A stretch of DNA of 63,950 bases, counting the filler, from an uncultured Methanospirillum sp. (GTDB lineage Archaea > Halobacteriota > Methanomicrobia > Methanomicrobiales > Methanospirillaceae), in assembly GCA_964637135.1 (NCBI GenBank). It is 6 parts of 6 records of this genome, joined end to end, with 100 filler letters (N's around TTAATTAATTAA, not from the genome) between each part and the next. Parts side by side here need not be neighbours in the genome. Positions count along the whole stretch, not along the records: positions 1 to 14,588 come from CAZWTX010000043.1; 5 more parts are not named here. The stretch is one strand, 5' to 3'. Shown in pieces: positions 1 to 10,766 of the stretch (the first letter of the stretch is position 1; every line of letters begins with the position of its first letter). Position numbers and translations under genes: made by a program. The notes under the pieces are model-generated. The model saw nothing but the letters and a program-made list of their open reading frames with translations, was not told where the DNA came from and made no database searches.

Positions 1-1253
1 TCGATCTGCTTTTTCTGGGAAAGTCCCTTCTCGGTGTCACGTTTCGCCTGCCCGACGAACCGTTCAGCGTTAATTCCCTTTTCGCTCAGAATATCGACGA
101 TCATCCGGACCGTGTCGCGGTATGTCGCAAAAACGATCACCCGGGTGTCCGGGTTATCGGAAAGAGCCTCGGTGATAAGATCCGGGAGCATGAGTAGTTT
201 CGGGTGACACTCCTCGTTCCAGCCGATCGATCGTTCCAGCAACCGGACAAAGACCGGGTCCTCGGCAATCCGCCGGCTTGCCTTTGACCCACCCGATGAC
301 GAACCTTCGGCAAGGAGCTTGTTCAGGTACTGTTTCAGCACCATACACCCCTGGGTCTCTGCCAGCCCGATGGCATGACGAAGTTTCATGCACTCGGCAT
401 GGATGCTGGCCGCTGCAAAACCCGCTACATCCTTCTCTGCGATACGCTGCTGGATCTGAACATTGAGTTCCTGCAGACTCTTCATCGAGAGGCTCTTTTT
501 ATCAGGGGCAAGATACCCCATCTGGGTAAGGGCGGCAAGCCGGCTCTCTACGAGAAGGGTAAGATCATCAAGGGCCTCTTTCAGGGCCGGCGGCAAATCA
601 ACCGTGATGATCTCAACCTCTTTCTCATGGATGTACGGGCTGACATCAGGATCATCCTCTGTTCTCGCCTCCACGGTTGTGATATTGAGATTGGCAACAA
701 TGTCGGAGATCTTTTCCGATGAACTGCCGGGAGATGCGGTCATCGCAAGGAGGAGCGGTTCTCTGGCCGTTTCCCGGTACCGGCCGGCAAGGAAGACATA
801 ACTGTAGTTCCCAACCGCTCGGTGTGCTTCATCCACGATCAGGAGGGAAACATCGGCAAGATCGTACCTCCCGGCGATGATATCGTTTTTTATGACCTGC
901 GGGGTGGCAAAGACGAACGAGGCAGTCTCCCACTCGGCAGTCCGGACTGCCGGGGGCGCTTCACCGGTAAACAGTGCAAAACTCTGCTCATTTGAGTCAG
1001 GTAACAGGATGTTCTCCCGGAAATACCGCACATGCTGCTCAACGAGGGGTTTTGTCGGAGCCAGCATGAGGATCTTCCCGCCGTTCCGGTACAGGCGGGA
1101 TGCAGCAACGATCAGCGCGATTGCAGTCTTTCCAAGCCCGGTTGGGATAACGACAAGGGTGTTTGCATCCAGTGCCCGCATCGCAATGGTAAACTGATAA
1201 GAACGGCTCTCAACCCGTCCGGGGGCGATAAAAGGGTGCGAGATATAGTCCAT
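1..1253 (-). CDS. hef: Hef/FANCM-like DEAH-box helicase(-nuclease), N-terminal part; runs off the window start
   Basis: Missing from the ORF track; hand translation from ATG at 1253 gives MDYISHPFIAPGRVESRSYQ...VVIPTGLGKT (motif I), IVDEAH (motif II), MTASPG (motif III), VIVFATYRDT, RFVGQA; open to the window edge; start overlaps glyS stop (TGATG). Confidence 0.93.
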   Translation of the reverse strand, partial: MDYISHPFIAPGRVESRSYQFTIAMRALDANTLVVIPTGLGKTAIALIVAASRLYRNGGKILMLAPTKPLVEQHVRYFRENILLPDSNEQSFALFTGEAPPAVRTAEWETASFVFATPQVIKNDIIAGRYDLADVSLLIVDEAHRAVGNYSYVFLAGRYRETAREPLLLAMTASPGSSSEKISDIVANLNITTVEARTEDDPDVSPYIHEKEVEIITVDLPPALKEALDDLTLLVESRLAALTQMGYLAPDKKSLSMKSLQELNVQIQQRIAEKDVAGFAAASIHAECMKLRHAIGLAETQGCMVLKQYLNKLLAEGSSSGGSKASRRIAEDPVFVRLLERSIGWNEECHPKLLMLPDLITEALSDNPDTRVIVFATYRDTVRMIVDILSEKGINAERFVGQAKRDTEKGLSQKKQI

Positions 1254-2971
1254 CAGGCAAGGGAGGAGAAGGTCCGGGTCCCCCTGATGAGATCGGCAAG
1301 GAGGGGAGCCAGGCCCGCGACCGGGACCCTGACCTGCTTCATGCTGTCCCGTTCCCGGAGGGTAACGGTCTGCTCTTCCAGGCTCTCGTAATCCACGGTG
1401 ATGGCAAACGGTGTACCGATCTCGTCCTGCCGGCGGTACCTTCTCCCGATGGCCCCGGAATCGTCGTATTCAGCAAGTACACCGTAGGCATGCATGGAGG
1501 CGGCGATCGCCCGGGCGAGATCATCGAGGCCATCGCGGGACATGAGGGGAAATACTGCAACCTGGACTGGTGCAACCCCGATGGGGAACCGGAGCACTTT
1601 TCTTACTTCTCCCTCGACCTCTTCCTCGTCGTAGGCATGTTCCAGCACTGCATATATCATCCGGTCAATCCCGTATGACGGCTCAATGACGTGTGGCCGG
1701 ACATCGATTCCCCGGATCTCGACGTCTTCCTCCTTCAGTTCGTAAAGATCGGCAGGCACGAAATATTCCTCCCCGTCAACAAGAACCGTGGTTCCGTCCG
1801 GGCCGGGCGGGGTATGGTTCAGGGCATCTGCGATAGATTTTGCCTTCCCCCGGTATTTCGGTCCGAGAACACCCATATTTGCATTAATAACCCGCCGCCG
1901 TTCGATCTTCGGTTCGGTATACGGGATGAACGCGGTGAACGAGTCACCACTCTCGTCTGCATGGGCACTGAGATCGTAATCTGTCCGGTCGGCAATTCCG
2001 ACGGTCTCCACCCACCCAAACCGGGCAGAGAGGATCTCGGCATCCCAACAATCTTCCGCATAATGGGCTCGCTCTTCCGGGAGATGCTGCCGGAACCTGA
2101 GCCGGTCAGGATTCACCCCGGCAGTGGTGAGGATCTCGTGGGTCATTGCAAGGTAGTAGGCGACATATTCATTTGCAACGATTCCGCTTCCGACCGCTTC
2201 TTCCATGGTATAGGTCTTTGCCCCGTTTCCTGCCGCCTGTTCTGCAGCAGAGAGGAGCGGGAAGGCATAATTTGCATAACGGCTGAACCGGGGGTGATTC
2301 TTCATCCCGGGGTGGACAAAGATCTCTGCTTCTGCCTGGGTAAACTCCCTGAGCCGTATCATGCCCTGCCGGGGTGAAATCTCATTGCGGTATGATTTGC
2401 CGATCTGCACGGTTCCAAAGGGGAGTTTGTCCCGGTAGAACCGGAGAAGCCGGCCGAAGTCAACGAAGATTCCCTGGGCAGTCTCCGGACGGAGATATCC
2501 ACGACGCTGCGACCCCGGTCCGATGGTTGTCTGGAACATGAGGTTAAAGTTGAAAACCTCCACGTTCTCAAGTTTTTCTCCGCAGGCAGGACAGGGGAGT
2601 CCGCGTATCGCCTTCTGGAGTTCATCCGCTGACAGGATAGATGCATCCTTAATGTGATGAGCCTCAGCAACATGGTCTGCACGGAGGTATTCCTCACAGG
2701 CAGGACACTGGCACATCTTATCAGAGAATCCCTTTACATGGCCTGAGGCTACATACATCGCTTCCTGGCCGATTGTCGGGCATTCAATCTCATAGTATCC
2801 CTCAGAGATAACATAAAAATGTCTCCAGAGATTTTCGATCCGGCGCTTGAGGAGGGTTCCCAGGGGACCGTAATCGATAAAACCGGCGACTGAACCGTAA
2901 CACTCCGTGGTCGGCCAGACAAATCCTCTCCGTTTGGCCAGATCCATCACCTGATCATAGACATCACTCAT
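1253..2971 (-). CDS. glyS: Glycine--tRNA ligase (archaeal/eukaryotic alpha2 type)
   Basis: LAKRRGF, DYGPLG, YLRPETAQGIF, RNEISPRQGMIRLREFTQAE, VIEPSYGIDR, IGRRYRRQDEIGTPF; ATG at 2971 preferred. Confidence 0.97.
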   Translation of the reverse strand: MSDVYDQVMDLAKRRGFVWPTTECYGSVAGFIDYGPLGTLLKRRIENLWRHFYVISEGYYEIECPTIGQEAMYVASGHVKGFSDKMCQCPACEEYLRADHVAEAHHIKDASILSADELQKAIRGLPCPACGEKLENVEVFNFNLMFQTTIGPGSQRRGYLRPETAQGIFVDFGRLLRFYRDKLPFGTVQIGKSYRNEISPRQGMIRLREFTQAEAEIFVHPGMKNHPRFSRYANYAFPLLSAAEQAAGNGAKTYTMEEAVGSGIVANEYVAYYLAMTHEILTTAGVNPDRLRFRQHLPEERAHYAEDCWDAEILSARFGWVETVGIADRTDYDLSAHADESGDSFTAFIPYTEPKIERRRVINANMGVLGPKYRGKAKSIADALNHTPPGPDGTTVLVDGEEYFVPADLYELKEEDVEIRGIDVRPHVIEPSYGIDRMIYAVLEHAYDEEEVEGEVRKVLRFPIGVAPVQVAVFPLMSRDGLDDLARAIAASMHAYGVLAEYDDSGAIGRRYRRQDEIGTPFAITVDYESLEEQTVTLRERDSMKQVRVPVAGLAPLLADLIRGTRTFSSLA

Positions 2972-3156
2972 CGGGATCACAAACCGGGATACATATCTGC
3001 ATTCATCCCCTTGAAGGTTGCCATTTTACATGCGGCATGTACCAGGAAACAGGGCTGATGATACCGCGTGGAAGAGGTAATCATACGCTGGGCAAATGCG
3101 CAAATGACCTTTCAATATAAGGGTTTTCGGTTTTTCTCCCGAAAAAATCCAACAAT

Positions 3157-3165
3157 TTTATATAA
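3157..3165 (+). promoter_or_regulatory. Archaeal TATA box (TTTATATAA) upstream of the HTH gene
   Basis: Consensus TATA with an A-rich stretch upstream, ~45 bp before ATG 3210. Confidence 0.55.
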
Positions 3166-3209
3166 GTGTAATTGTATGTATATCGGTAACCGAACCAGTG
3201 TGATACCCC

Positions 3210-3821
3210 ATGCCTGAAGACCTTCAGAAGAAACAACACCTTCTTCAGTTGTTCACAACCATGACCGGGAACACGAAGATCGTGGAACCCATGAAGAAGA
3301 TTCACGGGACGCTCAGGGATAGTGATGCCGTTGAGCGTGAAATTGCCCTCATCATGCGGGAACTGCTGGATCAGGGGATCTTCAAGACGAAACTGAAACC
3401 CATCCAGCTAGCGAAGCTGATCTGTGCCTACCATGCCGGGAAGAATGACACGGAAATTGCCCGTGAACTCGGTGACGAGAAACTTTCCAAGACGGTAGCC
3501 CGTGCACGGGTCAGGCTGAAACTATTCCGTGAACTTGACTTCAAGATGCCGTTTGACCGGTTTAAGATGGAAGAACTCCTCACTTCCGGTAAAACGATGA
3601 AAGAAGTGAGCGAAGAACTCGGGATCAGCCCGTCAACACTCCGTGAGTACAGGCATGTCCTCGAAGCGATGATCGACCATGATATGGATCGGTATATTGA
3701 ACGGATCAAGGATGTCATGGAAGACCGTGACCTGACCGAACAGATGACCGCCTCTGCAACCCGTGATACCTTTGGAGAATCGATCGATATCACCGAGGCA
3801 GAACTCATCGATATCACCTGA
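3210..3821 (+). CDS. Conserved helix-turn-helix protein (two HTH-like segments)
   Basis: 203-aa [14 protein letters not shown] and [20 protein letters not shown] motifs; T-run after the stop. Confidence 0.7.
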   Translation: MPEDLQKKQHLLQLFTTMTGNTKIVEPMKKIHGTLRDSDAVEREIALIMRELLDQGIFKTKLKPIQLAKLICAYHAGKNDTEIARELGDEKLSKTVARARVRLKLFRELDFKMPFDRFKMEELLTSGKTMKEVSEELGISPSTLREYRHVLEAMIDHDMDRYIERIKDVMEDRDLTEQMTASATRDTFGESIDITEAELIDIT

Positions 3822-3834
3822 CCTTTTTTGAGGA

Positions 3835-4353
3835 ATGTTTGAGTGGGTTTTTTAACCGGATTCGGGCAGGATCCGGACCCCTGATTACCTCTGTTGCAAA
3901 AACAGAGGGAATTGAACCAGAGATCCTCTGGGCAAACCTCCTTGATCGATCTGCAGTTTTGATGATCAGGGGGGACCGTGAGGGAGCGATCGGTCGCAAC
4001 CTGCGTACAAAAGTCAATGCTAACATCGGAACCTCGCCCGGGGAAATCAATCCCGGGAAGGAGATAGAAAAGGCACGGATCGCCGAATCAGCCGGTGCAT
4101 CGGTTGCTGTCGGGGCAGGGGCAGATTACCTTTGTTACATCACCCCTGCCGAACATCTCGCCCTCCCCACACCCGGGGATGTGCGGGAAGGGATTATTGT
4201 ATGCCGTATTGCAGCTCATATCGGTGATACCGTGAAAATGCAACAGGCCATGAACCGGGATCGGGCCCTGGCAGAAATACTCCGGAGACAGGATCGTGCA
4301 CTATGTGCGGAGATTTCTGTGCCGTCAAGATGATGCGACGATACCTTCCGTGA
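3835..4353 (+). pseudogene. thiC: ThiC/Bza-family radical SAM gene with internal deletions and a frameshift
   Basis: N-terminal [10 protein letters not shown]...[13 protein letters not shown] joined directly to late-gene [14 protein letters not shown]...IAAHIGD; the [11 protein letters not shown] cluster motif (4297-4329) lies in another frame ending TGA 4353. Confidence 0.9.
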
Positions 4354-4407
4354 CTGTTCCTTCTCATGCCTCTCTCTTGATAGGCAGTGGGGAATATACG
4401 GGTATGC

Positions 4408-5076
4408 ATGCAGATCACCTACCTTCATCATTCCTCGGTCCTTCTTGACGGATCACGTCGGGTACTCATCGATCCGTTCCTTCCCGATGGAATGCAGCCA
4501 CCAAAAGCTGATGTCTGTGCCGTCACCCATGCCCATGCCGACCATCTTGGGATCGCTGCCTCCCTGCAAATCCCGGTCGTTGCAAATAATGACCTCGCAA
4601 AGTGGCTTGCACAGAAAGGGGTCGCCGTTGAGGCAATGAACATTGGTGGCACGATCGAGGTGAAAGGGGTCACTTTTACCATGACACCAGCCCTTCACTC
4701 TGGCTGGCTGGAGGAGGCCGGAGCGGGTATGTACGGCGGATCAGCAACCGGATTCGTGATTACTCTAGATGGAACCGTCATTTACCATGCCGGGGATACC
4801 GGGCTCTTCGGGGATATGCAGCTGATCGGGGAGATCTACCATCCTGATGTTGCAATCCTCCCCATCGGGGGGAGATTCACCATGGGTCCGCGGGAAGCAA
4901 TGATGGCGGCAGCTTTTGTCGGTGCCCCGGTGGTCATCCCGGTCCATTACAACACATTCCCAGCGATCACCCAGGATCCGATGGCCTTTAAACAGGCCAT
5001 CGAACGGACGACAGACATGCGGGTAGTCATCCTGAAACCGGGGGAGTCCTGGGATACAAGTGCCCCTCCTGCCTGA
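4408..5076 (+). CDS. UPF0173 metal-dependent hydrolase (MBL fold)
   Basis: VLIDPF, THAHADH, IYHAGDT, LPIGGRFTMG, IPVHYNTF. Confidence 0.92.
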   Translation: MQITYLHHSSVLLDGSRRVLIDPFLPDGMQPPKADVCAVTHAHADHLGIAASLQIPVVANNDLAKWLAQKGVAVEAMNIGGTIEVKGVTFTMTPALHSGWLEEAGAGMYGGSATGFVITLDGTVIYHAGDTGLFGDMQLIGEIYHPDVAILPIGGRFTMGPREAMMAAAFVGAPVVIPVHYNTFPAITQDPMAFKQAIERTTDMRVVILKPGESWDTSAPPA

Positions 5077-6213
5077 TCAGAGGGTCAGGATCCCGAACAT
5101 CATCATGACCATCAGGACGAGATCATAGACGGCATGAGTCGTTGCCGAGAAGGAGGTATGCCACCGGTTGCGGAGCAGGCCAAAGATAATCCCGGCAAGA
5201 AAGACCGACAGAACCCCGTCAAAATTGTACTGGAAGGCATGGAGTGTTGCAAAGACAAGCGAGGTCAGCAGGATCCCATACCTGGGCTGAAGCAGGCCCC
5301 GCATCGCCAGTTCTTCTCCGAATCCGGCAGTTATCGATCCGGCAAGGATCCCGGCCGGGGTGAGGTACCCGGCAAAGAGGTTCACGTAGTATTCATCATC
5401 GGTCACCGGAATGCCGAACTGGGAGAAGAGGAACTGGATACCAAGATCTATCAGGAATAAAACCGGTACCAGAGCAAGTCCGAAGAGAATCGCAAGAAGG
5501 AACTCCTGCAGCGTCGGCCATCGGAGACCAAGCCGGGAGAGGGTTTCAGGAATATTCCTATCGATGAACAGTCCTGCAGCGATGAATGCAATAAATATCA
5601 TCCAGAAGAGGGAGTACATGTCGGTGATCGGACTGACCGTGCTGACAAAAGCGAGGAACGCGGGATCGGCGAACAGCCCGAGATATGCCGGCTGGCCGAT
5701 AAGAAGAAGCGGGATGACCGGGATAAGGATGAATCCCGCAACGATGATCATGCTCACCGCATGAGGGACGGATGAGGACCGGAGAGGTACAATCCGGCAG
5801 ATGATGCGCCGTACTACCGGGAAAACGGGAAGGCTGGCAAGGAAGGCGGTAAGGATAAAAACAACAAGTCCGCCGAGGAGCAGGAGGATCTGGCCGGGAG
5901 TCATATCCTCCGGATCCGGGAATGTTCCTTCAAGTCCGCCAAAGGCCGGGATGATCATCATCGCCCAGGTAATAATGGCGAGCAGCCACACGATCAGAAT
6001 GGCTCCAACGAGGGCAACCGTTCCGAGAGCGTGGTACCGGGAAGAACCGCGGGCAAGTACGATCAGGAGGAGAAAGGGGATCATCTCAAGCCCGGTGGTC
6101 AGGAAATCAGATCCGATACTCTCTTCGGGGAGTGTGAGGGCAAGGATACCGGATCCACATGCTATCAGGCCAAAAAAAAGGATATAGAGGGCGTGACGGT
6201 GGCGATGAACCAT
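5077..6213 (-). CDS. CPBP/CAAX-family intramembrane metalloprotease
   Basis: Multi-TM; EELAMRG, FATLH and THAVYD motifs. Confidence 0.9.
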   Translation of the reverse strand: MVHRHRHALYILFFGLIACGSGILALTLPEESIGSDFLTTGLEMIPFLLLIVLARGSSRYHALGTVALVGAILIVWLLAIITWAMMIIPAFGGLEGTFPDPEDMTPGQILLLLGGLVVFILTAFLASLPVFPVVRRIICRIVPLRSSSVPHAVSMIIVAGFILIPVIPLLLIGQPAYLGLFADPAFLAFVSTVSPITDMYSLFWMIFIAFIAAGLFIDRNIPETLSRLGLRWPTLQEFLLAILFGLALVPVLFLIDLGIQFLFSQFGIPVTDDEYYVNLFAGYLTPAGILAGSITAGFGEELAMRGLLQPRYGILLTSLVFATLHAFQYNFDGVLSVFLAGIIFGLLRNRWHTSFSATTHAVYDLVLMVMMMFGILTL

Positions 6214-6503
6214 TGCAATTTATAGGCAATTGGAGATAAAAAGTATTTGCCTGATTACGCGGATTAATACGAATTCCCGGCCATTCTTACGGCCGGGAAA
6301 GGTTCCGCGGGAGAATCCAGAGTGACCAGATCGGATACCGCTGTCATCCTGGTTTTTGGTTCAGGTGGCATGGCGGACGATACTGCCGCCATAACTCCGG
6401 AAGAGATCTGGACCTTCCCAACGAGCACGACCGGTCCTTATGCCGGGCAGATATAAGATGAGCTGCTTTTTTTTGATCACCATACCACTTTTTTTCAGAT
6501 GAG

Positions 6504-9500
6504 GTGCCCCCATGCACGGTTCTGTATGTTGACAGCCGGCAGAGGCCTTCAGATGTTGTAGAAGAGATCCTGAAGGCTGCAGGGCATGCGGTCACGACCG
6601 CGACAACAGGCAGCGAAGCCATCAGTATGGCAACAAACGCCTCTTTCAGCCTGATAATCACCGGGGATGTTTTGGATATGACCGGTTCCGGTATTGCCGG
6701 CGAGATGAAGAGATGCTCACCGGGAACACCACTCCTCAGGATCCTGTCGCCCGGAGGAGATCATCCGGATGACCAGTTACCCGGTCAGGATGGAATTCTG
6801 TTCAGGCATACAGACGGAACGGTATCCCCGGATGAACTAGCCCACGCCGTTTTCCTGATCACCGGGCAGTGGGAGAACCCGATTCCCCTGGATTTTTTTT
6901 CCGCCACCCGGGCCCCGGTCCTCGTCTTCCGGTTCATCCCCGGACAGTCACTCATTCTCTCTGACATGAACCCGGCTGCAGAAAAATTTGCAGGAGATTC
7001 ATTTTCCTGTCAGCCGGGAATGGGGATTGAGGCGGTATTTCCTGCCCTCTCCAACACCGGGTACCCGGAAATCTGTTCATCAGTCATTGAAGGGAAGATA
7101 CCGGCACAATCATTTGCAATTCCATCCGGAGACGATGCCGGATCCTCCCTGTTTGCAACCGTCTCCCGGGGAGGACCGGGATGCCTGGTCATGGAACTCA
7201 TCACCATCTCCGATACTTCCGACCGGGACCCTGGCGGAGGCAACCGGGCGCTTGAGGTTCTCCATGCCACTGCGCTTGAACTCGCATCAATCCCCCCTAA
7301 CGAACAGCTGCAGACCTTTGCCATCAGACACCTTATGACGGTGACCGGTGCAAAAGGGGCCCTGTTCCTGGAGTACAACGCTGAGACACAAACCCTCACC
7401 CCCACCCGGCTGGAGATCGAACCCGGCCTGTCTGACAGGCTCATCCAGATTCTCCAAAGAAAACCGGAAGAGATGGTGGCAGTACTTGACCAGGACAGCT
7501 ATACCGCTATCTTGGACCAGATCGTCCGGAGGCAGGATTCACTCACCGCGGTTACCTTCGGACTCGTCCCGCCCGAAAAAGACAAAATAATCAAGCAACT
7601 CACCGGATTTGACCGGTTCATCAGGATTGGGTATGTTGTTGCCGGTGAACTCTACGGAACTTCTATCATCGGGTTGAAACCCGGCCAGCAGGATCCATCC
7701 ATTCCACTCCTGGAAGCCTCTGCCCACTTGATCGCGGTTTCGCTCAGGCGACAACAGGCAGAGCGTATCTCCCGCAGGTCAACCGAACTCTACCGGGCCA
7801 TGATCCTCGCTTCACCGGACACGATCATAATCGTTGACAAAGCGGGGATTATCAGGTATTACTCTCCCCGTGGTGCTCATTTTTTCCGGCTCTCAGGAGA
7901 CCGCCCGTCAACCGGAACCCACTTTACCGAATGGATCGTTCCGGAGGACCGGGAGACAGCATCCCGGCACTTTGCCTCATTTCTGGCAACCGGGGTGATG
8001 GACCAGATCACCTTCCGGTTTTTGCGTGAAGATGGAACGGTTTTTTTCGGAGAGGTGAACGGAACCGCAAGCCGAATCAGGGGAGGAGAGAACATTGATC
8101 TGGTCTGTGTCATCCGGGATATATCTGACCGCATAGCCACTGAAAAAGCGATGTACGAGAGCGAACTGCTGTACCGGACCATCGCGGAAAATTCTCCTGA
8201 TGCAATATACACCATGGATACTGAGGGACGGTACCGGTATGTCAACACCCGGGCTGCGTTAAACCTCGGATGCCTCCCTGAAGAGGTATCCGGTAAGAAA
8301 CCGGATGATTTCTTCAACAGGGAGATCGCGGAGCAGGTCAGGGAGAAACTGTCGGCAGCTTTTTCCACCGGCAGGGAACTCACTGAACATGTCAGGATCC
8401 CGATTAATGACCAGTTTTATCACCTCTTCTCCTATTTTATCCCGCTGCCGGATCCTGACGGATCGATTCCGCGGGTTCTCGGAATTGCACATGATATCAC
8501 CGAACTGAAAAGAGCCGAAGAAGCCCTGCGTAAGAGCGAGGAGACCCTCCGGGTGCTGATGGATACAATGCCTGACGCCATTGCCATCATTGACTGGAAC
8601 GGGGTACTGCTCTTTGCCAATCATGCCCTCGGGGTGATCCTCGGGTGCCCGGAGCGGGACCTCACCGGCAAATCCGTCTTCTTGTTTATGCATCCTGATT
8701 TCCGTGATACAGTTTGGGAAGATATTGCAGGCAGACGATCAGAACACGGATTGAAATCGTCTGATTACCAGCTCCTGACTCCTGATGGAAGAGAGCCCTG
8801 GATCGGTGCCCAGTGGATCGTGATTCCCTTCCAGGGTCAGGAAGCGATCCTGATCGGAATCCGGGACATCACCGGCCGGAAAGCCATGGAGATCGAACTC
8901 CGAGAAGAAAAAGAGCGGTACAGACAGATCACGGAGAACATGGCTGACATGATCGCAGTATGCCGCCTTGACAGTACCTACCAGTACGTCTCGCCTTCAT
9001 ATAAGCGGGTTCTCGGGTACTCCCCTGAAGAACTGGAAGGAACATCCACGTATGACCGGGTTCATCCTGATGATCTCCCCCGGCTGATCGATCACGAATT
9101 CTTCGATCTGCTGAATGGAAAGAGAAACACCATCCTCTTCCGACACATGCACAGGGATGGAAGATACCGCTGGATCGAGACGACTGGCAAGGTCATACCT
9201 GAACACGAGGGGAGAGGCAGTATGTGTATTATCAGCAGCCGTGATGTATCCGGACGGGTGGAAATGGAGAATACCCTCCGTAAGGCACAGGAAAAGATCT
9301 CCATCCTGTCCAGTATCACAAGACATGATGTGATGAACCAGCTCCAGGCGGTAGAGACGTTCTGTTTTCTCCTGGAAGACCGGCTCGCCGGTGATAAGAC
9401 CGGGACCGGGTACCTCGGGTATCTCTGTCAGGCAACCGAGAAGATCAGGCAGCAGATTAGTTTTGCCAAGGATTACCAGGACCTCGGAGAGAACATGCCG

Positions 9501-9938
9501 GTCTGGCAGGATGTTGCAATAACTGCACGAATGGCGGCAACCAGCCTCCTGTCTGACGGGATCCTGCTTGACGTGATGGTCATGAACCGTGAATTGTTTG
9601 CCGATCCGATGTTCATGCTGGCCTTTCATAATCTCTATGAAAATGCCGCGAGGCACGGGGATCATGTCACCCGGATCTCCATCACCTGGAAAGAGAGTGA
9701 TATGACCGGGTACCTGATCATTACCGATAACGGAACCGGTATTGACCCTGCCGAGAAAAGGGAGATCTTTGAGAAGGGATATGGCTCACATACCGGACTC
9801 GGGCTTTTCCTGGTGAAGGAGATCCTCTCCATTACCGGTCTTTCCATACATGAGGACGGAAAATTCGGGGAGGGAGCACGGTTTGTCATCACGATTCCTC
9901 CCGGCTGCTGGCGCCCCGGTCGCGACTGTGAGGCATAA
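6504..9938 (+). CDS. Hybrid sensor histidine kinase (degenerate receiver, GAF-like region, multiple PAS, HATPase)
   Basis: Repeated PAS/PAC ends (RDISDR, HDITELK, RDITGRK); H-box SITRHDVMNQL; NLYENA, DNGTG, GLGL. Confidence 0.92.
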   Translation: MPPCTVLYVDSRQRPSDVVEEILKAAGHAVTTATTGSEAISMATNASFSLIITGDVLDMTGSGIAGEMKRCSPGTPLLRILSPGGDHPDDQLPGQDGILFRHTDGTVSPDELAHAVFLITGQWENPIPLDFFSATRAPVLVFRFIPGQSLILSDMNPAAEKFAGDSFSCQPGMGIEAVFPALSNTGYPEICSSVIEGKIPAQSFAIPSGDDAGSSLFATVSRGGPGCLVMELITISDTSDRDPGGGNRALEVLHATALELASIPPNEQLQTFAIRHLMTVTGAKGALFLEYNAETQTLTPTRLEIEPGLSDRLIQILQRKPEEMVAVLDQDSYTAILDQIVRRQDSLTAVTFGLVPPEKDKIIKQLTGFDRFIRIGYVVAGELYGTSIIGLKPGQQDPSIPLLEASAHLIAVSLRRQQAERISRRSTELYRAMILASPDTIIIVDKAGIIRYYSPRGAHFFRLSGDRPSTGTHFTEWIVPEDRETASRHFASFLATGVMDQITFRFLREDGTVFFGEVNGTASRIRGGENIDLVCVIRDISDRIATEKAMYESELLYRTIAENSPDAIYTMDTEGRYRYVNTRAALNLGCLPEEVSGKKPDDFFNREIAEQVREKLSAAFSTGRELTEHVRIPINDQFYHLFSYFIPLPDPDGSIPRVLGIAHDITELKRAEEALRKSEETLRVLMDTMPDAIAIIDWNGVLLFANHALGVILGCPERDLTGKSVFLFMHPDFRDTVWEDIAGRRSEHGLKSSDYQLLTPDGREPWIGAQWIVIPFQGQEAILIGIRDITGRKAMEIELREEKERYRQITENMADMIAVCRLDSTYQYVSPSYKRVLGYSPEELEGTSTYDRVHPDDLPRLIDHEFFDLLNGKRNTILFRHMHRDGRYRWIETTGKVIPEHEGRGSMCIISSRDVSGRVEMENTLRKAQEKISILSSITRHDVMNQLQAVETFCFLLEDRLAGDKTGTGYLGYLCQATEKIRQQISFAKDYQDLGENMPVWQDVAITARMAATSLLSDGILLDVMVMNRELFADPMFMLAFHNLYENAARHGDHVTRISITWKESDMTGYLIITDNGTGIDPAEKREIFEKGYGSHTGLGLFLVKEILSITGLSIHEDGKFGEGARFVITIPPGCWRPGRDCEA

Positions 9939-10053
9939 TAGGTGCAGGATCCGGTAACCACCGGTTTTCCCGATCTGATCCCGTATCAGCGATATGAAAA
10001 AGAGGACGGAACTTTCACAACATTCATCCCGCCTGAGAGGGAAAACAAGAATT

Positions 10054-10680
10054 GTGTGCGGGAGGTTTTGTATCGCAGCAGATCCCGGCGAAGTGGCAGA
10101 ACGATACGGGGTTGAGGTTTCGGTTTCGTACCATCCGTCATACAACCGGGCACCCGGCTCTTCTATCCTGTCAGTTTCCGGGCTCCCTGATCATGTAGTG
10201 TTCATGAGGACCTGGGGGTTTCAGACCCCTTCCGGGCGGGTTATCAATGCCCGAACAGAGAGTGTCCATGAGAAGCCCCTTTTTCAATCCCTTCTCCCCG
10301 GGGCGAGAGTTCTGATCCCGGCAACTGGTTATTACGAATGGAGCCGGGACGGGAGCCGGCACCATCCATGGTACATAACCCCGGGCCGTCTCTTCTCTTT
10401 TGCCGGCCTGGTACGTGATCATCACGGCCAGCATGAGGTGGTCATCCTCACGATGCCTTCTGACGGTGATGTGGCCACGATTCATGACCGGATGCCGGTG
10501 ATCCTCTCACGGCGATTTGAGAACCGGTACCTATCTGGAGAAGATCCTGCATCCGTTGACCTGGTTCTTTCCGATTCGCTCCGTATGCACCCGGTATCAG
10601 ACCGGGTCAACCGTCCGGGCCCGGATGATCCCGGGTTGATCGTCCCGGTCACCCGGAGTATCCAGCAGACCCTTATCTGA
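10054..10680 (+). CDS. SRAP/YedK (HMCES) family abasic-site processing protein
   Basis: GTG-TGC-GGG-AGG-TTT gives M-CGRF with catalytic Cys2; INARTES, GYYEW, IHDRMPVIL; start is 10054, not 9994. Confidence 0.92.
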   Translation: MCGRFCIAADPGEVAERYGVEVSVSYHPSYNRAPGSSILSVSGLPDHVVFMRTWGFQTPSGRVINARTESVHEKPLFQSLLPGARVLIPATGYYEWSRDGSRHHPWYITPGRLFSFAGLVRDHHGQHEVVILTMPSDGDVATIHDRMPVILSRRFENRYLSGEDPASVDLVLSDSLRMHPVSDRVNRPGPDDPGLIVPVTRSIQQTLI

Positions 10681-10766
10681 TCCTGCTTCCTCCACCTGCC
10701 GGTCGTGATAGCCAGTGCTCAATGCCCTTATCAGGGCATGCGTCTACAGTATTCATCAGAGGCAAG

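Noticed and set aside
9994..10053. Upstream ATG start for the SRAP gene
   Set aside because: SRAP proteins need Cys at position 2, which GTG 10054 provides
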